Assembly: GCA_047284725.1 (NCBI GenBank)
Contig: JBJBEO010000001.1
Span: forward strand, 480,001 to 544,000
DNA from: Synechococcus sp.
GTDB taxonomy: Bacteria > Cyanobacteriota > Cyanobacteriia > PCC-6307 > Cyanobiaceae
DNA: 64,000 bases
Reading direction: 5' to 3'
Part shown: positions 23,292-37,375 of the stretch, one piece after another
How positions within the stretch are numbered: the stretch's first letter is position 1
Layout of the letters: every line of letters starts with the position of its first letter
The notes under the pieces: generated by a model
What the model was told of the DNA's origin: nothing
Databases searched by the model: none
The model's input: only the letters and a program-made list of their open reading frames with translations
Position numbers and translations under genes: made by a program

Positions 23292-24304
23292 GCAGACCTC
23301 CCGCTGGACCCCGAGGATTTGCGCCACCATCCGGCCAGGACGGCCAGAACGGCATCGGCGCCGATCACGCCGACAAAGCCGCCGAATTCATCGACCACCA
23401 CCCGCACGCCGCTGTTATCACGGCGAAAGCTGGTGAGCAATCGGTCGACACGGATCATTTCAGGGACAAACTCAACGGGTTCCGCCAGGTCAAGAGCGGA
23501 GAGATGACCCTTGTGTTCGAGCAACGCCGTGAGCAGATTTTCGCGGCTGGCCACCCCGAGCACGTTGTCGACTTCCTTGCCCAGAACAACCCACCAAGGA
23601 GATGAATTATCGACCAGCTGCTGACGCAGTTGATGCAGACTGGCATGTCCGGCCAGGGTGGGGGCTGCAACCCGAGGAGTCATCAGCTCCCGCGCGGTGA
23701 GGTCGTTGAGCTGGAAAACCTTGGCGATCATCGCCGCTTCATCCGCTTCGATCTGCCCCTTTTGTGAGCCCAGCCGTGCCAGCAGGCGGATTTCGTTCTC
23801 ATCGGTGCTCAGTTCGCTTTCTTCGCTGATTGCTGGCAGAAGCCTTTCGAGCAGCAGCACCAGTGGGCGCATCAAGACTCCTAAGGCCTGCAGCACCGGT
23901 GCGCTGCTCAGGGCCACCGGGATCGCCAGGCGGGTGCCCAGTGCTTTGGGGAGGATTTCCCCCAGCAGGATCACCAGCACGGTGAGCGCCACGGAAAACA
24001 GCGGCAGAGCGATGTCACTGAACTGATGCTGCTGAAACACCCACGCGGCGTAACCGCCGAGCATCATGCTTCCGAAAATATTGAAGGCGTTGTTGGCAAT
24101 CACCAGCACCGACAGGGTGCGGCCGAGCCGTTGACGCAATCGCGCCAGGGTGCGGGCCCCCGCCACGGGCTTGCTGCGGCTGGCCAATTCGTGCAGGCGC
24201 ACTGGATTGACCGACAGCAGGGCGGCTTCAACGCCGGAGCACAGGGCGGATCCGGCCAGCACCACCACCACCATCAACACCAGGATCAGCAGATCGGAAC
24301 TCAT
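23288..24304 (-). CDS. CNNM (DUF21)/CBS-domain membrane protein
   Basis: SALCSGVEAALLS, GEILPKALG, ELMTPR, VVVDEFGG. Confidence 0.9.
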   Translation of the reverse strand: MSSDLLILVLMVVVVLAGSALCSGVEAALLSVNPVRLHELASRSKPVAGARTLARLRQRLGRTLSVLVIANNAFNIFGSMMLGGYAAWVFQQHQFSDIALPLFSVALTVLVILLGEILPKALGTRLAIPVALSSAPVLQALGVLMRPLVLLLERLLPAISEESELSTDENEIRLLARLGSQKGQIEADEAAMIAKVFQLNDLTARELMTPRVAAPTLAGHASLHQLRQQLVDNSSPWWVVLGKEVDNVLGVASRENLLTALLEHKGHLSALDLAEPVEFVPEMIRVDRLLTSFRRDNSGVRVVVDEFGGFVGVIGADAVLAVLAGWWRKSSGSSGRSA

Positions 24305-24357
24305 GCCGGGACGCTTTGCCTGCCATCCTGACGGTTCCTCGACGCCCTGTCTCCGCC

Positions 24358-25692
24358 GTGATCGATCAGCACTGTTATGCCGCGCGGCGCCAGCGCTTTC
24401 TGGACCTGCTCGGCGGTGCGGCGGCGGTGATTCCGGCGGCGCCCCTGGTCACCCATCACGCCGATTGCGAATGGCCGTTCCGGCAGAACAGTGACTTCTG
24501 GTACCTGACGGGATTTGACGAACCCGATGCCGTGGCGCTGTTGCTGCCCCACAGGCCGGAGGGAGAGCGTTTTGTGCTGTTCGTGCAGCCGCGAGAACCG
24601 GGCGCTGAGGTTTGGACAGGCCGCCGCTGGGGAACGGAAGGGGCCGTCGAGCAGTACGGGGCCGACCTCGCCCATCCCCTGGAGGCCTTGGAGGAGCTGC
24701 TCCCCCACTATCTCAGTGGTGCAGAGGGGATTGCTTTCCGCGTGGGGCATCATCCGGCGGTGGAGCCACTGGTGCTCAAGGTCTGGGCGGGGCAGCTCGA
24801 TCGCCAAGCCCGCTCGGGCTCGGCGGCCCTGGCTCTGGTGGCTCCCTGTCCGATGTTGCATCACCTGCGTCTGCAGAAATCAGCCGAGGAGCTGAAGCGC
24901 TTGCGGGAAGCGTGCAGGATTTCTGCGGAGGCCCATGAACTGGCCCGCCAGGCCGCGGAGCCGGGGCTGTCGGAGCGGCAGATCCAGGCGGTTCTCGAAC
25001 AGCACTTCCTCGCCTCCGGTGCCCGCGGTCCTGCCTATGGATCGATCGTGGCTGGTGGTGACAACGCTTGCGTGCTGCATTACATCGCCAACAGTTCCGT
25101 CCTTCGTGATGGCGACCTGCTCCTGATTGATGCCGGATGTTCACTCAATGATTACTACAACGGCGACATCACTCGAACATTTCCGATTAACGGCCGGTTC
25201 AGCGGCGAACAACGTGATCTCTACGAGCTGGTGCTGGCAGCCCAGAGCGCGGCAATCTCCCAGGTCAAGCCGGGAGGAACGGCGGAACAGGTTCACGACA
25301 CTGCTCTGCGGGTGCTCGTGGAGGGACTGCTGGAGCTCAAATTGTTGGTCGGCGATTTGGATGGGGTGATCGAGCAGGGGGCCTATCGCCATCTCTATAT
25401 GCATCGCACCGGCCATTGGCTTGGTCTGGATGTGCATGACGTGGGGGCCTATCGCCTTGGAGAGCATTCGGTGAGCCTGAAGGAGGGGATGGTGCTCACG
25501 GTGGAACCGGGCCTGTATGTGAGCGACCGTTTGGAGGTTCCCGAAGGTCAGCCTGCGATTGAGGATCGCTGGAAAGGAATTGGCATCCGCATCGAGGATG
25601 ATGTTGCAGTGCGCGACACCGCAGAGGTGGCCTGTGGCCATGAGGTGCTCACGGTCGCGGCCTTGAAAGGGACGGCTCAGATGGAGCGGTGA
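24358..25692 (+). CDS. pepP: Xaa-Pro aminopeptidase
   Basis: FRQNSDFWYLTGF, LIDAGC, GDITRTFP, HRTGHWLGLDVHD, TVEPGLY, GIRIEDD. Start uncertain (frame open from 24316). Confidence 0.94.
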   Translation: MIDQHCYAARRQRFLDLLGGAAAVIPAAPLVTHHADCEWPFRQNSDFWYLTGFDEPDAVALLLPHRPEGERFVLFVQPREPGAEVWTGRRWGTEGAVEQYGADLAHPLEALEELLPHYLSGAEGIAFRVGHHPAVEPLVLKVWAGQLDRQARSGSAALALVAPCPMLHHLRLQKSAEELKRLREACRISAEAHELARQAAEPGLSERQIQAVLEQHFLASGARGPAYGSIVAGGDNACVLHYIANSSVLRDGDLLLIDAGCSLNDYYNGDITRTFPINGRFSGEQRDLYELVLAAQSAAISQVKPGGTAEQVHDTALRVLVEGLLELKLLVGDLDGVIEQGAYRHLYMHRTGHWLGLDVHDVGAYRLGEHSVSLKEGMVLTVEPGLYVSDRLEVPEGQPAIEDRWKGIGIRIEDDVAVRDTAEVACGHEVLTVAALKGTAQMER

Positions 25693-25699
25693 GAAAGGT

Positions 25700-26856
25700 T
25701 CAGCCCACCACCTGGAGTGCGATCCACACCACTCCAACGATCAGCAGCATCAAGCCATCGAGCTCGCTCACCCTGCCGCTCATCGGTCGCACCAGGATCA
25801 AGGTGAGCACGAGGAGCACCGATTCCAGTGGATCCAGGCCCAGGATCACATCGGTGCCTGTCAGTTCGCCGATCAGGAGCACCGCTGGCACGGTGAGGCA
25901 AAGGGTGGAGAGGGATGATCCGTAAAGCGTGTTGAGCGAACGCTGCAATTCCCCTCGACCTGCTGCTTGAAATGCATTCAAGGCTTCCGGTGCCACCACC
26001 AACAGGCCCACCAGAACGCCTCCGAGTGAGCTGGACAGACCCAAATCGGTGATGCCGGTTTCAATCAGGCTGCCCATGGACTCAGCGATCAGCACCAGCA
26101 CCAGCAGGCCACTGCCCATCCGCAGGCCATTCAGCAACATGGTCTTGGCTTCTGCTGTCTCTTCATGATTCAGCGCCCCATGGGCTCCGTCTCCTGCCTG
26201 GCTGATGGCCAGTTGTTCGGGCGTGTCGAGGAACAACGACCGGTAACTGCCCACTTGAAAACGGAGGAACACGCCGTAAAGCCCCACGGCCACCACCGTC
26301 AGTAACCAATTGATCGGCAGGGAGTAATTGGCTTCAAGGCTGTCCTGGCTGAAATTCGGCAGCACGAGCACCAACACGCTCATGGTGGTGATCAAATTGA
26401 TGTAGGTGGCTGCTCCGCTGCGGTTCACCTCCGCCAGGTCTTCTGGCTGCATGGGGCCTTCACGCCCTTGTTTCTGAAATTGGGAGGCCAGGATCAAGGT
26501 GATTCCCTTGACCCCTGTGAGCACGATCATCAGCACGGAGAACATCGAATCCCGGGCCAGGGTTGGGTTGCTCTCACCAGTGAGCATCGTGCTTGAGACA
26601 AGTGCGAGCTCGATCACGATCACCGAGCCTGTGAGCACAAGGGTTCCCAGTGGTTCTCCAAGGTCTTCGGCGAGATGGTCGGCCTGACGGGCTACCCGTC
26701 GGGACAACAGCAGCACCAGAAGACTGAGCACACCAAGCCCCCCCAATACAAGGGCGGCCTGCTGATGCATCAACCAGGGGAGAAGAGGGCTCGTCTGCAG
26801 AGAGATGAGCGTCACGACACCGAGCAGCAGCGCCCATTCCTGGCGGACGGCTTGGA

Positions 26857-26860
<4 letters not shown>
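25700..26860 (-). CDS. Ca2+(Na+)/H+ antiporter, ChaA-like (CaCA family)
   Basis: Multi-TM protein with GEPLGTLVLT..IE, LARDSMFSVLMI, APEALNA, NTLYGSSLSTLCLTVP. Confidence 0.85.
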
Positions 26861-28228
<1,368 letters not shown>

Positions 28229-28255
28229 TCCTTCCGAATCTGTCTCTTCATGATC

Positions 28256-28281
28256 AGCCTGCATTTCTGCAGGCTTTTTTG
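28256..28281 (+). terminator. Rho-independent terminator
   Basis: AGCCTGCA-TTTC-TGCAGGCT followed by a T-run. Confidence 0.8.
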
Positions 28282-28334
28282 TTGCTCGCACTCTGACGAG
28301 ATCGTGGCTGCTGTGTTGTCAATGCGTCGTTGAT

Positions 28335-29078
28335 TTGCGTTTTCCCTCGAAGCGTTTTTTGTTGATTCCTGCGGCGATCGCGACTGCTGTTGTCGCCAGC
28401 CTTGCGGATCTGATTCCTGGCACCCCCCGTCCAGATGGGCCAGGGGTGTGGGCTTCGGCTGCATCGACACGCTCCTCTTCCCGCCTGGAGGACGCCATGG
28501 CACTGAACCTGGGCTTGGATGATGTCTTGCAGGGGGCGAACGTTTCAGAGCCCATGCTTGAAGAGGAGGCCTGCCAGTGGAGTGGTGATCCTCTGGAGTC
28601 TTTGGAGGAGGTGTTGGCCGGTCTTCCGATCTCCTGCGGGTCGGAACTGTTCTTTCGCCGATTTCTCACCTTGCTGCGCCAGGATGTCGATTTCAAGGTG
28701 CCCGCGCAAGGGGAGCTCACATCCGGGTTTGGCATGCGCTGGGGGCGTCATCACCGCGGTGTGGATATCGCCAACGCGATTGGCACTCCGATCCACGCCG
28801 TTTGGGATGGCCGGGTGATCCGCGCGTCCATGCAGGGCGGCTATGGATTAACCGTTGAGATTGAGCATCGCGATGGTTTTGTCACGCGCTATGCCCACTG
28901 CCATCGACTCCTGGTGCAAGAGGGTGATGCCGTCGTCGCGGGCCAAACTGTGGCGCAAATGGGAAATACCGGAAGCAGTACAGGGCCTCATTTGCATTTC
29001 GAGGTGATCACGTCCGATGGTGTCGCGATTGATCCCACTGCCAAAATGCCACTGCTTGCGAAATTGGTGGGCTCTTGA
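28335..29078 (+). CDS. M23-family metallopeptidase with N-terminal signal/anchor
   Basis: HRGVDIA (HxxxD), TRYAH, STGPHLHFE (HxH). Confidence 0.9.
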   Translation: MRFPSKRFLLIPAAIATAVVASLADLIPGTPRPDGPGVWASAASTRSSSRLEDAMALNLGLDDVLQGANVSEPMLEEEACQWSGDPLESLEEVLAGLPISCGSELFFRRFLTLLRQDVDFKVPAQGELTSGFGMRWGRHHRGVDIANAIGTPIHAVWDGRVIRASMQGGYGLTVEIEHRDGFVTRYAHCHRLLVQEGDAVVAGQTVAQMGNTGSSTGPHLHFEVITSDGVAIDPTAKMPLLAKLVGS

Positions 29079-29117
29079 AGCGTTCGTCTAAACGCGGAGT
29101 TGACGGCGTGCCCAATC

Positions 29118-29145
29118 AAAAGCCGGAGGCGAAGCCCCCGGCTTT
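29118..29145. terminator. Bidirectional terminator between the M23 gene and atpC
   Basis: AAAAGCCGGAGGC-GAA-GCCCCCGGCTTT between convergent genes. Confidence 0.75.
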
Positions 29146-29178
29146 GGAATGAATCAGTTGATCCAACTCAGTTGCTGA

Positions 29179-29580
29179 TCACTTGGAGGCCTGAAGGCGT
29201 GCGCGTGCACGATCGTAAGACTGCTGAGCTTTCACCTTCTCCGGAGAGGCTGGTTGACCCTCGAATCGGCTGACCTCCGCTTTGGCTTTTTCAAGCTCGG
29301 CTTGTGCTGAACTGCCGTCGATGGTGTTACCCAGTTCGGCGGAATTCACCAAAATGGTGACGTCATCTGATTCCACTTCAGCAAAACCACCCATCAGGGC
29401 GATGGATTGCCAATCGTTGTTGGTTCGTACGCGCAAAACACCAACGTCAAGGGCTGCCAGCAAAGAAACGTGGCCTGGCAGGATGCCGAGCTGGCCGGTG
29501 GTGCTGGGGAGGATCACCTCATCAGCACTGCCATCAAAAACGCTTTGGTCGGGAGCCAGCACGCGGAGGGTGAGAGACAT
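29179..29580 (-). CDS. atpC: ATP synthase F1 epsilon subunit (cyanobacterial name atpE)
   Basis: MSLTLRVLAPD, GQLGILPGH, ALMGGFAEV. Confidence 0.96.
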   Translation of the reverse strand: MSLTLRVLAPDQSVFDGSADEVILPSTTGQLGILPGHVSLLAALDVGVLRVRTNNDWQSIALMGGFAEVESDDVTILVNSAELGNTIDGSSAQAELEKAKAEVSRFEGQPASPEKVKAQQSYDRARARLQASK

Positions 29581-29654
29581 GAACCTTGGTTCGCAGGGGA
29601 GAAGGGACGAGGGGGAGTCAGTGAGTGGGGGTGTGAATGACACCCCCATCAGCA

Positions 29655-31187
<1,533 letters not shown>

Positions 31188-31269
31188 TTACCACCGCAGA
31201 GGTGGACTGAGCACGGTTCGGTCAACCGCACGCTCAGGCGCTGGTCGGACCGCATCTCCGCCCCATAAG

Positions 31270-31296
31270 TTGACACTCATCGACCTCGAGTGCCAG
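31270..31296 (+). promoter_or_regulatory. CIRCE operator (HrcA binding site) upstream of groES
   Basis: TTGACACTC-N9-GAGTGCCAG versus consensus TTAGCACTC-N9-GAGTGCTAA, about 60 nt before groES. Confidence 0.85.
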
Positions 31297-31354
31297 GTGC
31301 CTCTCAGTCGATCAGTGGCGCTCAGCGCCTTCGTACCTGCTTTTGCAATTCATC

Positions 31355-31666
31355 ATGGCTGCTGTTTCCCTCAGCGTCTCCACCGTTAAACCCCTTGGAG
31401 ATCGCATCTTTATCAAGGTGTCTGCGTCTGAAGAGACGACTGCAGGCGGCATTCTTCTCCCTGACACCGCGAAGGAAAAGCCCCAGGTCGGTGAGGTGGT
31501 TCAGGTCGGCCCAGGCAAGCGCAATGACGACGGCAGCCGCCAGGCTCCTGAAGTGGGTGTCGGCGACCAAGTGCTTTACAGCAAGTACGCCGGTACCGAC
31601 ATCAAGCTGGGGAGCGATGAGTATGTGCTCCTGTCCGAGAAAGACATTCTCGCCGTTGTGAACTGA
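31355..31666 (+). CDS. groES: Co-chaperonin GroES
   Basis: [34 protein letters not shown]. Confidence 0.98.
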   Translation: MAAVSLSVSTVKPLGDRIFIKVSASEETTAGGILLPDTAKEKPQVGEVVQVGPGKRNDDGSRQAPEVGVGDQVLYSKYAGTDIKLGSDEYVLLSEKDILAVVN

Positions 31667-31704
31667 TCAGCGTTTGCGCTGCATTTCCTAGATCCACTTC
31701 TTAA

Positions 31705-33363
<1,659 letters not shown>

Positions 33364-33385
33364 TCGAGGCACTGTCCCTGACCTC

Positions 33386-33412
33386 AGCCCCCGCGCAAGC
33401 GGGGGCTTTTTT
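33386..33412 (+). terminator. Rho-independent terminator of groESL
   Basis: AGCCCCCGC-GCAA-GCGGGGGCT followed by TTTTT. Confidence 0.9.
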
Positions 33413-33562
33413 CATGGTTGTTTTGCAAACGAGCGTTTCCCTCACAAGGTCAACGCTTGAACCTGACGCTTGCTGTGATTGTTGGCACGCGGTGTCAGCA
33501 GATCGTTGATGCGTTGACGTGCAATCTGCCCCTTCGGTGACGAAACCCCATTCGCGATGGGA

Positions 33563-33793
33563 TCAGTTCAACCAGCCGGCGCTGAGAATCACCGCCAGGC
33601 TGAGAAAGATCGCCAGGCACGTCCAGGTGATGCGATTGAGAGTCGCCTCTGCGCTGCTGGCGCTCGTGAACATGGAGCTGCCGCTGGCGGCCAATCCCCC
33701 CATGCCGTCGCCCTTGGGGCTGTGGAGCAGCACAAGAAGGATCAGCAGTACGCCACTTCCGATCCAGGTCCAGGAAAGAACGGTGATGAGCAT
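33563..33793 (-). CDS. secG: Preprotein translocase subunit SecG
   Basis: VLLHSPKGDGMGG...AEATLNRITW. Confidence 0.95.
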   Translation of the reverse strand: MLITVLSWTWIGSGVLLILLVLLHSPKGDGMGGLAASGSSMFTSASSAEATLNRITWTCLAIFLSLAVILSAGWLN

Positions 33794-33814
33794 CGATGCA
33801 AGAACAGGGTGGGA

Positions 33815-35422
33815 TCAGACTGGCTGAGGAAGCCTGGCGCTGCGGGGCGACGCTGCTTCAATCGGTTCAATCAGGCTGGATCCTGACATGGCTTCGGGTT
33901 TGGGCAGGTCAAGCAGTTGCAACAGAGTGGGGGCGATATCGGCGAGGCCACCATCGTTGCGCAGGCGAATGGCATTACCCAAGCCGGCAACCTTGCGCTT
34001 TTCGCCTTCCACCAAAATCACGGGAACAGGATTGGTGGTGTGGGCTGTCCAGGCCTGCCCATTCGGCCCCTGCATCAGCTCCGCATTGCCATGGTCTGCG
34101 GTGATCAGCAGCGTGCCGCCCATCCTGCCCACAGCGTCAAGTAAACGTCCGATGCAATGGTCAACAGTCTGGATTGCTTCAGTGGCTGCACTCATCACGC
34201 CGGTGTGCCCCACCATGTCTGGATTGGCGTAGTTGATCACCACCAGGGAGTACTGACCTCGTTCGATCGCGGCGATGCAGCTGTCGGTGAGAGCATCAGC
34301 TGACATTGCGGGAGCTTCGTCATAGGTGGCCACCCGAGGGGAAGGCACAAGGTGGCGGTCTTCCCCTTCGAGGGGTTGCTCGATGCCCCCATTGAGGAAG
34401 TAGGTGACGTGGGGGTACTTCTCGGTTTCAGCGGTACGGTACTGCTTCAGACCGTGATCGGAGACCACCTGTCCCAGCAAGTGATCCAGTGACTCTGGGG
34501 GAAAGGCGACCGTGACGGGAAGCCCTGCTTCGTATTGGGTGAAGGTGACCACTTCAAGCTTGGGCTGGTGAGGGCGTTGAAAGCCATCGAAGCTGTCAAC
34601 GGTGATGGCTTGCACCAGCTGACGCGCCCGATCAGGGCGGAAATTGAACATCACCAAGCCATCGCCATCGTTGAAAACGGCATCGGTCAATCGCACCGGC
34701 TCTAGGAACTCATCGGTAACGCCTGCGTCGTAGCTGGCACGCAGTGCGGCTTGTGAATCCAGCCCACACAAGGGCATGGAGGGATCAGTGAGCAAGGTGT
34801 AGGCCTTGAAGGTGCGCTCCCAGCGGTGGTCGCGATCCATTGCCCAGTAACGGCCACACAGGCTGGCGATCTCTCCAACACCACAGCTTTCGATGGCTGC
34901 CTGGACTTGTCGGAGGTAGCCAGGTGCACTGTCCGTTGGGGTATCGCGTCCATCGGTGATGGCGTGGATGGCAATCCGGGGAATGCCCCTGTCTGCAGCC
35001 CAGCGCAAAAGCCCGCACAGGTGGTCGATGTGGCTGTGCACACCGCCGTCTGAGCAAAGCCCGAGCAGGTGGAGGGTTCCTCGATTGCGAATCAGTGACT
35101 GGCCCAGGTCGGTCAGTGCTTGGACGTTGTTCAGCTCGTTGTTGCGAACGGTTTCGGAGATGCGCACCAGTTCCTGGCGGATGATCCGACCGGCCCCAAT
35201 GGTGAGGTGACCCACCTCGGAATTCCCCATTTGCTCGTCTGGAAGGCCAACATGGGCCCCACTAGCCTCGATCAGGCTGTGGGGATAGGCATGCCAGAGG
35301 GCATCCATCACCGGGGTCTTTGCGGTGCGAATGGCGTTGTGGCTGTCCTGGTCGCGGTGACCCCACCCATCGAGGATGGCAAGAACGACTGGGGCAACGG
35401 CTTGAGTGCGAACTCTGCCCAT
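33815..35422 (-). CDS. gpmI: 2,3-bisphosphoglycerate-independent phosphoglycerate mutase
   Basis: [49 protein letters not shown]. Start approximate. Confidence 0.96.
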   Translation of the reverse strand: MGRVRTQAVAPVVLAILDGWGHRDQDSHNAIRTAKTPVMDALWHAYPHSLIEASGAHVGLPDEQMGNSEVGHLTIGAGRIIRQELVRISETVRNNELNNVQALTDLGQSLIRNRGTLHLLGLCSDGGVHSHIDHLCGLLRWAADRGIPRIAIHAITDGRDTPTDSAPGYLRQVQAAIESCGVGEIASLCGRYWAMDRDHRWERTFKAYTLLTDPSMPLCGLDSQAALRASYDAGVTDEFLEPVRLTDAVFNDGDGLVMFNFRPDRARQLVQAITVDSFDGFQRPHQPKLEVVTFTQYEAGLPVTVAFPPESLDHLLGQVVSDHGLKQYRTAETEKYPHVTYFLNGGIEQPLEGEDRHLVPSPRVATYDEAPAMSADALTDSCIAAIERGQYSLVVINYANPDMVGHTGVMSAATEAIQTVDHCIGRLLDAVGRMGGTLLITADHGNAELMQGPNGQAWTAHTTNPVPVILVEGEKRKVAGLGNAIRLRNDGGLADIAPTLLQLLDLPKPEAMSGSSLIEPIEAASPRSARLPQPV

Positions 35423-35584
35423 ATCACTACTCATCAACGCACAAACTCCTGAGCTATCAGTTCTTAAGAGCTTCTCCATATTTAAGGTACCTCCAAGCCC
35501 TCCGATCGGGGAGCTCTGTTCCTGGGGCCGTCAGCTTTCGCTCACGTCATCGCCAATACACTGAACGGCCTCAGCAACCCAGCC

Positions 35585-36136
35585 ATGGCTGACTCTGCAG
35601 GATCTGAAAGGGTTGAACTTCTGTCTGCTCAGGATCTGAACCGGACCCTCCAGCGGTTGTCCACCCAGGTGCTGGAGTCCGTTGATCGCAGTGAGGATCT
35701 GCTCCTGCTTGGCATCCCTACCCGTGGGGTGCAGTTGGCACGCGTGCTGGCCCGGCAGCTTGAGGCTCTGACCGATCATCCGATCGCCCAGGGAAGCCTT
35801 GATCCCACCTTTCATCGGGATGATCTGGATCGTGTGGGGACGCGCATGGTGCAAGCCACAGACCTGCCGATCAGCGTCGAGGGGCGCGACGTGCTGCTGG
35901 TTGACGATGTGATCTTCACGGGACGCACCATTCGCGCGGCTTTGGAGGCCATTCAAGCCTGGGGCCGTCCACGGAGGGTGATGCTGCTTGCGATGGTCGA
36001 CCGTGGCCATCGTGAACTACCGATCCAGCCTGACTTTTGCGGCAGAAACGTTCCCACGCGCAGAAGCGAGACCATCGAACTGCGCCTCAAGGATCTTGAT
36101 GGTGAAGAGGGCGTTTATCTCCGTCGCGACGCTTGA
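35585..36136 (+). CDS. pyrR: Pyrimidine regulatory protein/uracil phosphoribosyltransferase PyrR
   Basis: GIPTRG, LVDDVIFTGRTIRAAL, VDRGHRELPIQPD. Confidence 0.95.
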   Translation: MADSAGSERVELLSAQDLNRTLQRLSTQVLESVDRSEDLLLLGIPTRGVQLARVLARQLEALTDHPIAQGSLDPTFHRDDLDRVGTRMVQATDLPISVEGRDVLLVDDVIFTGRTIRAALEAIQAWGRPRRVMLLAMVDRGHRELPIQPDFCGRNVPTRRSETIELRLKDLDGEEGVYLRRDA

Positions 36137-36158
36137 TGCCCTCGCAAGAGGGGTGGCC

Positions 36159-36380
36159 TCAGTTCGTGGCGTTCAGCTCATCGCTGCGGAAATGGGCTTT
36201 GTAGCGTCCAAACGCCACAATCACGGGCAGGGTCGGGCTGATGGGCTTGCCTTTCCAGTCGTTGAGCACAGTCACCACTTCACCGTTGCTGCCCTGCATG
36301 TCAAAGGCTTCGCCCCGATGCTCCGGATGGTTGAACACCACAACGTTGGCCGACACCACCACTTTGTCTCCGGGTTGCAT
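36159..36380 (-). CDS. ftrV: Ferredoxin-thioredoxin reductase variable chain
   Basis: MQPGDKVVV..FNHPEHRGEAFDMQG..WKGKPISPTLP..YKAHFRSDEL. Confidence 0.92.
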   Translation of the reverse strand: MQPGDKVVVSANVVVFNHPEHRGEAFDMQGSNGEVVTVLNDWKGKPISPTLPVIVAFGRYKAHFRSDELNATN

Positions 36381-36432
36381 GAGCCACTGCATTGCTGGCG
36401 GCAATTGTGTCATGCGTGCAGGGGACGTCGTC

Positions 36433-37275
36433 CTAGAGGCGGCGACACAAACTCTCGGGACCTTCTTCCTCAACCTGTCCACCCACGTCTTCGCATCCGC
36501 GCACAAAGGCTTGCCAGGGTTCCATTCCTTCAGCAAGGCGTTGTTGAACGGCTTTGTTGAGGGCGGCCTGGGGGACTGCTCGGGCAGGGAGAGAGCCATG
36601 ACTGTGATGTTCCTCAGAGTCTCTGAGGGCATCAATCGCCATTTCGATCGTGTTCCTGAGTGACGTCGCCTTGCTTTGCCACCAGGGGTGGTCCATTCGA
36701 TTGAGCACCGCCAAGGCTTCCCACCAGCGCTTCTGTTTCACCAAGTCGGCGAGGCGCTGGTGATCGAGCTGATTCCGATTCCAGGTTTCCCTGAGGCTGT
36801 CACTCAGGCGTTCCCCTCGCTGACGGATGCTTCTCTCAACGGGTTCAAGCACCAGAAGGGCTGCTTTGAGATCTCCCTCCTTGAACAGACTGAGAGCCTG
36901 ATTCTCCAGCTGATCACGCCAGTGGTTCAGGCGCCGGAGATCGTCTTGCTGCTCATCCGCTGATCCGATGCCGGCATTGACAAGTTGCTCCTGGAGCCGA
37001 AGAGCGTCGGCATGACGCTGGTTCTGCCAAGCCTCCAGGGCGGCACGTCTGCGGCAGATGGCTTGCTCTTCGGGTATGTGCCGACCGAGCCATCGCAGGG
37101 CTGCGAGCTGCTGGCCGTAGGACAGGCAGGCTGCGTGGTCACCGTCGCGCACGGCCGTGGCCAGTCGTTCCGGCAGTTGGCGTTCCCACCAGTAAGCCAA
37201 GCCGCAAAGCATCGCCACACCACCAAGGGTGATGCTCAACCAGTAGCGGGGTAGCGAGTGGCGACGCAGCGCCAA
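36433..37275 (-). CDS. Hypothetical protein with N-terminal TM and helical repeats
   Basis: 280-aa ORF, hydrophobic N-terminus, fills the gap between ftrV and the Hsp70-like gene. Confidence 0.75.
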   Translation of the reverse strand: MALRRHSLPRYWLSITLGGVAMLCGLAYWWERQLPERLATAVRDGDHAACLSYGQQLAALRWLGRHIPEEQAICRRRAALEAWQNQRHADALRLQEQLVNAGIGSADEQQDDLRRLNHWRDQLENQALSLFKEGDLKAALLVLEPVERSIRQRGERLSDSLRETWNRNQLDHQRLADLVKQKRWWEALAVLNRMDHPWWQSKATSLRNTIEMAIDALRDSEEHHSHGSLPARAVPQAALNKAVQQRLAEGMEPWQAFVRGCEDVGGQVEEEGPESLCRRL

Positions 37276-37375
37276 TGTGGTTTGAAAACAACAACGACTT
37301 CTTTCTATGGACGTGTCAGCGTCTTCTCACGCTGTTGTGGACGGACCTTGCACCGCCCCGCCGTGGTCGCTTTCG

